64,000 bases of DNA from Eubacteriales bacterium. Its GTDB lineage: Bacteria > Bacillota > Clostridia > Oscillospirales > JAAYOS01. This document shows, piece by piece, positions 30,947 to 38,476 of this stretch. Position numbers and translations under genes: made by a program. The notes under the pieces were generated by a model. The model did not search any database. It was not told the DNA's origin and saw nothing but the letters and a program-made list of their open reading frames with translations. How positions within the stretch are numbered: the first letter of the stretch is position 1; every line of letters begins with the position of its first letter. The stretch covers positions 31,775 through 95,774 of the forward strand of contig JBMNIG010000025.1 of assembly GCA_050950785.1 (NCBI GenBank), in the 5' to 3' direction.

Positions 30947-30988
30947 GTTACCACAGCTTGCTTTCGCATTTGAAAGGATTTGAACAAA

Positions 30989-32203
30989 ATGAAAAAGAGA
31001 TTTAATATTGCAACAATAATTGGATTGATGCTGTTGGTGGCAGCTGTTACCTTTACACTAACCTATTTGACAGTAGAGCGTCAGTTTCAAGAGCAATTGG
31101 CTGTGGAGGACTCAAGAGAGGACATCTTCAACAAACTCGGCAAGATCATAGATCTTATTGAAGAGATGTATGTCGGTGAATATGAGCTAGATGAGCTAAT
31201 AGATGGAGCTGCTCATGGAATAATCGCAGCAACGGGCGATCGTTGGTCTTATTATTTGGATGAAGAAGACTTTGCGCGATATAAAGAAAATTTGATGAAC
31301 CAGTATGTAGGTATCGGAGTTACAGTCAGCTTCGATATCGAAAAAAATGCCCTTGTTATTACCAAAGTGCATTCCGGTTCTCCTGCTGAGGCTGTTGGAT
31401 TAAAGCCCAAGGATCTTATCATCGGTGTGAACGGCGAAAAGGTGTCCGATTTGGGTTATGAGGAGACCGTAAATCGCGTACGGGGAGAGGAAAACACACC
31501 TGTAACGATCGAGATCCAGCGCGGTGAGACTTTCATGACTCGTGAGATCATACGAAAGAGCTATCTATATAATCCTGTAAGCTCAAAAATCATAGCCGGG
31601 AATATTGGATATATAAAAATCGATAATTTTGACAGTCGTGTAGACGTCAGCTTTGAAGATGCCGTTGGCAAGCTCCAGGAAGCAGGAGTTGATGGTCTGA
31701 TCTTTGATGTGCGGGGCAACCCCGGCGGTATGAAAAATGCTATGGTCAATATGCTGGACCTGCTCTGTCCCGAAGGTGTGCTTTTCACAATGCGGGACAA
31801 GAACGGAAACGTTTCAGTTGACTATTCTGCACCGGGCGAGGTTTCTCTACCTATGGTGGTGATCGTTGATCAAAACTCATATAGTGCTGCAGAATTTTTT
31901 GCAGCTGCCCTTCAGGAATACGGCAAAGCCGAAATTGTGGGTACAGGCACATTTGGAAAGGGATATTCTCAGATCACACTAGAATTAGGCGACGGCAGTG
32001 CTATCAATCTATCTACAAATGAATACTTTACTCCCAACGGGAAAAGTCTTATAGGCGTTGGCATTACCCCTGATCACTATGTAGAGCTCAACTTTGACGG
32101 AAACTTTATGCTTCTTGAAGAGGAGGAAGATAACCAGCTGCAGAAGGCTATTGAAGTAGTTGGCTTAGAAATCGCTCAAAGAGCTGAGCATGAACAACCA
32201 TAA
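30989..32203 (+). CDS. S41 carboxy-terminal processing peptidase (CtpA/CtpB-like) with a PDZ domain
   Basis: About 404 aa. N-terminal TM, PDZ (GSPAEAVGLKPKDLIIGVNG), the S41 motif (LIFDVRGNPGG) and SYSAAEFFAAAL. ATG at 30989. The track start is TTG at 30980. Confidence 0.88.
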   Translation: MKKRFNIATIIGLMLLVAAVTFTLTYLTVERQFQEQLAVEDSREDIFNKLGKIIDLIEEMYVGEYELDELIDGAAHGIIAATGDRWSYYLDEEDFARYKENLMNQYVGIGVTVSFDIEKNALVITKVHSGSPAEAVGLKPKDLIIGVNGEKVSDLGYEETVNRVRGEENTPVTIEIQRGETFMTREIIRKSYLYNPVSSKIIAGNIGYIKIDNFDSRVDVSFEDAVGKLQEAGVDGLIFDVRGNPGGMKNAMVNMLDLLCPEGVLFTMRDKNGNVSVDYSAPGEVSLPMVVIVDQNSYSAAEFFAAALQEYGKAEIVGTGTFGKGYSQITLELGDGSAINLSTNEYFTPNGKSLIGVGITPDHYVELNFDGNFMLLEEEEDNQLQKAIEVVGLEIAQRAEHEQP

Positions 32204-32468
32204 TTAAAAACTGGGCTAACAATGTATTTGTATTAGTTTTTGATAATCATTGTTTTCTGAATTTATAAAACCGTCATTAAGCAAATATATACTGAATATA
32301 CTTCAACGGGCATTGCGATTAAACAACCGAGGATATCGAGCATAAAAATATAGTGCAGGTATCAAGATATTGTGTTTTCTATATGCTCTTGAAAGTTGTC
32401 TAGTTGTACATTATCAAGAACTGGACAAAAGCCGGTGAAAGCTCAGACTACAGTGGGGTGAGATTTGG

Positions 32469-33305
32469 TTGTTTGCGCTAATAAGGACTCGACTCTGCGT
32501 AACGGCAAATCCCGTTGAACGTATACTGCGACACGTTTTTCTAACACGTGGCATTATTTTTGAAATAACGAACGCATTGGGAGTGCGCGCACTCGAATGC
32601 ACAGTCGATATATATAAAGGTGAGGATTCTAAGAAAACATTGGCAAGGTGTGATAAAGCATTAAGCCTGATAGTTTCAAACGGAATCAGGACTGTTGTTG
32701 CGGCTGAAGATTTTCCGGTTGCCGACCTTAACGGGAGTTATAAGCTATCCCTTCCCGATGTTCGAAAGCTGTGGAGAAAGACAGCCGGAAAAATTGCTCT
32801 TTCTATTTCCGGTGAGGATGCTAAGTCTCTGTCTGTTGCCTTGTATGCTAACAGGGTAAACGCCGAACTCGATGGGGCTGTTCGATATTTGTTGCCCCGA
32901 ACACGCCATCTTGCGATTTTCTGTGAAGGTCGGGGAGAGATATATGTTAAGGAGCTGTTGAGGGAATTCGGAATTGCAGTTCAGACTACTAACAGTGCTG
33001 CTGCAACAGCTGATATCCACCTATTATTCGATCCTCCCTCTGAACATTTAGAATTGAAGCAATCGGCTATAGCCGTAAAGTTATTCCTTGATGATAAATC
33101 AGAACCCTTCCCTTACCGCACTATATCTGATGTACAATATCGATGGCCCGACAACTTACCACGGATAAACGGGTATCCATGCAATCTTATACTTGCTGCT
33201 CTCAGTGAGACAGGTGCTATACGGGCCGATGAGTTAGATATTGAAAGGATATGGTTTGCAGAAAACAGGTCAAGCAAAGGTGCTTTAGAAACCGGAGATA
33301 TATAA
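32469..33305 (+). CDS. Hypothetical protein (no family recognised)
   Basis: 278-codon ORF with plausible composition. It has only a TTG/GTG-type start, no internal Met and no convincing RBS seen. Confidence 0.4.
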   Translation: MFALIRTRLCVTANPVERILRHVFLTRGIIFEITNALGVRALECTVDIYKGEDSKKTLARCDKALSLIVSNGIRTVVAAEDFPVADLNGSYKLSLPDVRKLWRKTAGKIALSISGEDAKSLSVALYANRVNAELDGAVRYLLPRTRHLAIFCEGRGEIYVKELLREFGIAVQTTNSAAATADIHLLFDPPSEHLELKQSAIAVKLFLDDKSEPFPYRTISDVQYRWPDNLPRINGYPCNLILAALSETGAIRADELDIERIWFAENRSSKGALETGDI

Positions 33306-33347
33306 AATAAACTACGCACTATTATGGGAAGTATTTCCACTGTCTTA

Positions 33348-33376
33348 TTGACAAAGCACTTTGTAGTCTTTATAAT
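33348..33376 (+). promoter_or_regulatory. Consensus sigma-A promoter upstream of greA
   Basis: TTGACA (33348-33353), exact 17-nt spacer, TATAAT (33371-33376). Confidence 0.7.
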
Positions 33377-33426
33377 ACTTTTTAATTAAAATATATAAGG
33401 CTTATCGCTTAGAAAGGAGCTTTACT

Positions 33427-33902
33427 ATGGCTCAAAAGGTCTACAAGCTCACAAGAGAACGCTTCAACGAATTAGAAAATGAACTGCATTATGCTAAGAC
33501 AGTCAGGGAGCGGGAGGTTGCCGAACAGATAAAGGAAGCCCGCTTCTTTGGCGACTTGTCTGAAAACAGCGAATATGATGAAGCAAAAAATGAACAGGGA
33601 AGCTCTATTCGCGTATTGCTGAAATTGAAGATGTGCTTGCCCATGCCGTCATAATCGACGATGCTTCAGATGACATCGAAACAGTGGGTACTGGATGTAA
33701 AGTGCTCATTGTAGATGAAGTAAGCGGTAAACAATACGAATATCAAATTGTCGGATCACAGGAAGCTAACCCGATTCAAGGCCGGATCTCTGATGAGTCA
33801 CCCCTTGGCAAGGCATTGGTAGGCTCAAGGGTCGATGACATTGTAGAGTTTGAGGCCCCGGTCGGCATAATGCGTTATAAAATAGAGTCGATCTCAAGAT
33901 GA
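33427..33902 (+). pseudogene. greA: Transcription elongation factor GreA, split by a 1-nt deletion-type frameshift near 33598-33601
   Basis: ORF 33427-33654 encodes the GreA N-terminus up to ..[15 protein letters not shown]. The -1 frame continues [20 protein letters not shown].. to the GreA C-terminus (33633-33902 ORF). Confidence 0.85.
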
Positions 33903-33952
33903 GGTCATAAAAATTTTAGTTAAAGCCAGTGGCCTATGATGAAATGAGGTAA

Positions 33953-35455
33953 ATGAAATTGCAGGAAGATACCAGGACAGAAATAACCGAAAATGAGGAA
34001 AAGGAGCTTTCTGAACTTTTGCAGATCAGAAGGGACAAGTTGTCACAGCTCCGCAAAGAAGGACTTGATCCATTCCTTGAAACTGTTTTTGATCAGACAC
34101 ACTGGTCTACAGACATAAAAGAAAACTTTTCACAGCTTGAAGGCACACAAGTGCGTGTCGCAGGGCGTTTGATGTCGAAGCGAGGTATGGGTAAAGTTTT
34201 GTTCTGCGACCTGGCAGACAAGAAAGGCACGATCCAACTTTACGCACGGGCGGACGATATGGACGCGGATGAATATGAACGCTTTAAGAAATTCGATATT
34301 GCGGATATAGTTGGAGTTGAGGGGGAAGTTTTCCGCACAAAACGCGGTGAGATATCTGTAAAGGTACAGACAATAAAGCTTCTCTCAAAGTCACTTCGTC
34401 CCCTGCCTGAGAAGTATCACGGCCTTAAGGACACCGATCTGCGCTATCGCATGAGATACCTCGATTTGATTGCAAATCCGGATGTTCGCAATACTTTTTA
34501 TACACGCACAAAGATCATAAATACTCTACGAAACTCCATGATCCGTCAGGGCTATATCGAGGTTGAAACCCCTGTCTTGCATAACCACGCTACAAACGCA
34601 GCCGCCCGACCATTTAGAACACACCATAACACACTTGACATAGATATGGTATTGCGGGTAGAGCTTGAGCTCCACCTAAAACGTTTGATAGTTGGCGGAT
34701 TTGAGCGGGTGTTTGAAATCGGTCGAATATTCCGAAACGAAGGTATGTCCCCAAAACATAATCCGGAATTTACCATGATGGAGATGTACGCAGCGTACAC
34801 TGACTATCATGGTATGATGGAGCTGTGCGAAAATTTGTTTAACGACGTTGCGCAGGAAGTGCTGGGGGGCAATAAACTAGTATATCAAGGCGTTGAAATC
34901 GATCTCACAACACCATGGCGTAGAATGACCATGATTGAGGCGGTGCGCGAGTACGCAGGTGTTGACTTCGACCAGATCCAGACAGATGAAGAAGCAAAAG
35001 CGATCGCAGATGAACGTGGCATTCACTATGAGGATGAACACAAGCGAGGGGATATAATCAACCTGTTCTTTGAGGAGTATGCGGAGGACAAGCTGATCCA
35101 GCCCACTTTTATTTGCGATTATCCGATTGAAATATCGCCGCTAGCCAAAAAAACAAAGTATGACCCACGCCTGACTGAACGCTTTGAGGTATTTATTTAC
35201 GGTAGAGAAATGGGCAATGCATTTACTGAGCTAAATGACCCCATCGATCAAAGGGAGCGCTTTATCGAACAGGCAAAGAAGAAGTGCATTGAAGGCGAAT
35301 TTGAAATCGACGAGGACTTTGTGCTCGCTATGGAATATGGCATGCCTCCTACTGGGGGGATGGGACTGGGTATCGACAGGATGATCATGCTCTTTACTGA
35401 CAGTCCTTCAATTCGCGATGTCTTGCTGTTCCCGACAATGAAGCCAATCGTCTGA
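33953..35455 (+). CDS. lysS: Lysyl-tRNA synthetase, class II
   Basis: 500 aa. Has an OB anticodon-binding domain, class II motifs (FRNEGMSPKHNPEFTMMEMY, GMGLGIDRMIML) and the typical greA-lysS order. Confidence 0.95.
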   Translation: MKLQEDTRTEITENEEKELSELLQIRRDKLSQLRKEGLDPFLETVFDQTHWSTDIKENFSQLEGTQVRVAGRLMSKRGMGKVLFCDLADKKGTIQLYARADDMDADEYERFKKFDIADIVGVEGEVFRTKRGEISVKVQTIKLLSKSLRPLPEKYHGLKDTDLRYRMRYLDLIANPDVRNTFYTRTKIINTLRNSMIRQGYIEVETPVLHNHATNAAARPFRTHHNTLDIDMVLRVELELHLKRLIVGGFERVFEIGRIFRNEGMSPKHNPEFTMMEMYAAYTDYHGMMELCENLFNDVAQEVLGGNKLVYQGVEIDLTTPWRRMTMIEAVREYAGVDFDQIQTDEEAKAIADERGIHYEDEHKRGDIINLFFEEYAEDKLIQPTFICDYPIEISPLAKKTKYDPRLTERFEVFIYGREMGNAFTELNDPIDQRERFIEQAKKKCIEGEFEIDEDFVLAMEYGMPPTGGMGLGIDRMIMLFTDSPSIRDVLLFPTMKPIV

Positions 35456-35565
35456 TTTCAAAAGTATTTAGGCTCAATAGTTTGCGTCTCAAGGTAACAT
35501 TTATCTGATTTCAGCTACAATTAGTCAGCTGAAGTTGTGAGCGGGATTTGAAAGGGGGTCGGCAA

Positions 35566-36216
35566 ATGGAAAGCAAGAAGGTGAACCCAAAAGAGAACCC
35601 AAAGGCTCGTAGGGGATTTGGATACTGGTTTAAAAATGTTTTCATTTACCACTATCTAAAACCAACCATTTTAGGAGCTATAGTCCTACTCATTGCTGCT
35701 TATATCATTTACGACATTAAAAATGTTGTAATACCGGATTTAACGGTCGTTGTCGGCGGAATAGACATATTGCGTGAAGAAGATATGAGTGAAATCAAAG
35801 CAGTAATTGAGGATGAGATAGGAGACGCAAACGGGGATGGGACCGTCGTTGTAAATTTTGACATATATACAGTTACTCTGGATAAAGCTGACGAATACGG
35901 GAAGCAAAATCTAGAAGCTCTGGACTTGTCGATATTGGCAGATCCCGACAGGATATTCTTTATCCTTGATGAGGAACTAACTTCCCGTTACGAGGCTGAT
36001 TTCTTTGAAAAACTTGCAGATTATGATATCTCTACAGATGAAGATCCCTTTTACAGGGTAAACGACTTGCCGATATTTCAACGCATGCTTGTTGTGGACA
36101 CAAACTACTATATGTGTCTGAAAGGGATGAGGATCTCCGATAAAGACGACCCTGAATATGTCCAGAAATATGACTTAGCTGCCCGTGTAATGAAGCGATT
36201 GATCAACGAAGAGTAG
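35566..36216 (+). CDS. Hypothetical membrane-anchored protein
   Basis: About 216 aa with one N-terminal TM (LKPTILGAIVLLIAAYIIY) and an acidic extracytoplasmic domain. ATG at 35566 follows AAGGGGG. Confidence 0.55.
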   Translation: MESKKVNPKENPKARRGFGYWFKNVFIYHYLKPTILGAIVLLIAAYIIYDIKNVVIPDLTVVVGGIDILREEDMSEIKAVIEDEIGDANGDGTVVVNFDIYTVTLDKADEYGKQNLEALDLSILADPDRIFFILDEELTSRYEADFFEKLADYDISTDEDPFYRVNDLPIFQRMLVVDTNYYMCLKGMRISDKDDPEYVQKYDLAARVMKRLINEE

Positions 36217-36321
36217 TTAATATGCACTGACTGTGAGCAGGCCTCAGTTCCGGCTTTCCGGGAGAGGGCCTGCTTCATTTGAAACTTAAAATAATACCAA
36301 TTAGTGGAAATGAGTGATGGT

Positions 36322-37135
36322 ATGGAGATTTATCGAGTAACAAGCAGACGTAACCCCTTGATCGTTGAAACTGTTAAGCTGCTTTCCAATACAATATACC
36401 GTAAACAATCAAAATTGATTGCAGCCGAGGGCACAAAGCTCCTTGATGATGCCTTGACCAGTGGGGTGGAGGTTGAGTTGGCAGTAGCTTCTGAGAATAT
36501 TGAGCTAAATCTAAAGGAATCCCGGATAAAAAAGCTTATTGTTGTACCCGAGCAACTTTTCAAATCTATCTCAACTCAAAAAACACCCCAGGGAGTTATT
36601 TTTTTCTGCAGACGTCCCGAGATGCCACAAAAGCTTGAATACGGGAGTTATATCGTATTAGATGGCGTACAGGATCCGGGAAATGTTGGCACTGTTATCA
36701 GGACTGCAGCGGCATTTGGTTTATGTGGTGTGATGATTTGTGGTTCATCGGCTGATCCATTTGGACCTAAAGCAGTGCGAGCATCTATGGGTGCAATATT
36801 CCGTGAGGCTGTATATGTAATGGAACACAAGCAACTTTTTGCTACCTTTAGTAAAATGGGCATACCACTTGTTGCAGCTATGCCTGCAGGGAATGCTTTG
36901 GACATACGGGAGTTAGGAACAGATCCCGTAGCCATTGTTATAGGTAGTGAAGGACAGTGGTGTGAGCTCAGAGGTATTAGAGAAATGCTCAGCTTCCGTT
37001 ACAATACCAATGGCACAAGGAACCGAGTCTCTAAACGCTGCTGTGGCAGCTGCCATCTTGCTTTGGGAAATATCTAGGAAAAAAAATATAGGTAAAGCTT
37101 TTTACCGAGTTAGTGTGTCTACAAATAAAATATAA
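36322..37135 (+). pseudogene. TrmH/SpoU-family RNA 2'-O-methyltransferase, interrupted by a 1-nt insertion-type frameshift near 36958
   Basis: The first frame carries LDGVQDPGNVGTVIRTAAAFG and IVIGSEGQ. SpoU motif 3 (GVSSEVLEKCSASVTIPMAQGTESLNAAVAAAILLWE) lies in the +1 frame (ORF 36947-37135). The N-terminal start is uncertain (36304, 36310 or 36322). Confidence 0.8.
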
Positions 37136-37214
37136 TTATTTAAAAAGCATATTCCGGAATCATACCTGTCATCTCCGGAAAACGATATAAATTTGAGGAA
37201 GAGAGAAAAATAAG

Positions 37215-38457
37215 ATGAATCTGCATTGGATATGGCTGTCTTCTTTGAAGTTAGGTACTGCGAAGAAAATCCGGCTCTTGCGTCATTTTAAGTCGATAGA
37301 CTTACTGTACCATGCTTCATGCGAAGACTACATGGCATCAGGCATTGTAAGGGAATCTAACTTAAAGTCGCTAAATGATAAAAATCTGGATGGCGCTGAA
37401 AAAATCAAGGAAAAATGTATTAAAGCCGGTGTTCAAGTACTTACCATTGAAGACAATGCTTACCCCGAAAGACTTGCAAATATTGACGATGCACCGGTTG
37501 TGTTGTATTATAAGGGGACACTGCCATCCTTTGACAAAGAACCTGCTATAGCAGTGGTAGGTTCACGAAATCACACAATTTACGGACAGATGACAGCAGA
37601 ACGCCTTGCATATGAAATGTCCATATGTGGTGCACATATTGTCTCAGGTATGGCAAAAGGTATTGATGCCGCTGCACATCGTGGCGCACTGCTTGCTGAT
37701 AAGCCCACCACTGCAGTGTTCGGGTTGCGGACCCGACAACATATACCCTAAGGTCAATAAAAACATTTATGAAGAAATATGCGTAAGGGGATGCATATTG
37801 TCCGAGTATCCGCCGGGCACTCCTCCGCTTTCGTATCATTTCCCGGAACGAAACCGAATTGTCAGCGGACTGAGTGTAGGTGTTTTGGTGATCGAGGCGG
37901 GGCTAAAAAGCGGAGCACTTATCACGGCACGTCTTGCTGCAGATCAGGGACGCGATGTTTTTGCGGTTCCAGGCAATATAGATGCTCCCGAAAGTGCGGG
38001 GGGAAACAGTCTTATTCAGAGTGGAGCAAAGCTCGTGACGCGAGGCTGGGATGTATTATCTGAGTTCACTGAGTTATTTCCTGACAGTCTCGTTGAAAGC
38101 ATAAACAGTCTGGAATTAGCATATACGAAAACAACGGGCAACCCAAAGCCTGATAGATTTGAACCTATCTTGGCTGACCGTTCCGGCACGAGAGAAGGAA
38201 GTGAGGGTGCTGTCACAGACTCTCTGAATAATTTGGATAAAATACCAAAAAGTTTAGAATATTTGAAAAAAGACTTTACAGAACAGCAGATGCAGATTAT
38301 ATTGTCATTAGCAAAAAGGCCAATGCATCTTGATCAAATCATCGAGGAATGTAATTTGACAGCTGCACAGGCACTTGCGCAATTGACGATTCTTGAAATA
38401 AAAGGCGCTGTTACTCAGCTGCCGGGTAAGAGGTTTTCAGCTAATAGTACGATTTAA
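37215..38457 (+). pseudogene. dprA: DNA-processing protein DprA (Smf), interrupted by a 1-nt insertion-type frameshift in GGG at 37722-37724
   Basis: The N-terminal ORF ends ..AAHRGALLADKPTTAVF. The +1 frame continues GCGPDNIYPKVNKNIYEEI..FPERNRIVSGLS..EAGLKSGALITA. Removing one G restores AVFGCGPDNIYP. Confidence 0.85.
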
Positions 38458-38476
38458 CCAGGAAGGATTTGAATAA

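Noticed and set aside
30724-31005. 93-aa ORF in the M23-ctpA intergenic region
   Set aside because: It has no Shine-Dalgarno sequence and odd composition, and it spans a promoter, a palindrome and a terminator hairpin. I treat the region as RNA or regulatory sequence.
33584-33654. Programmed ribosomal frameshift in greA
   Set aside because: There is no slippery heptamer or stimulatory structure at the shift site. A single-base indel, either a sequencing error or a mutation, is the simpler explanation.
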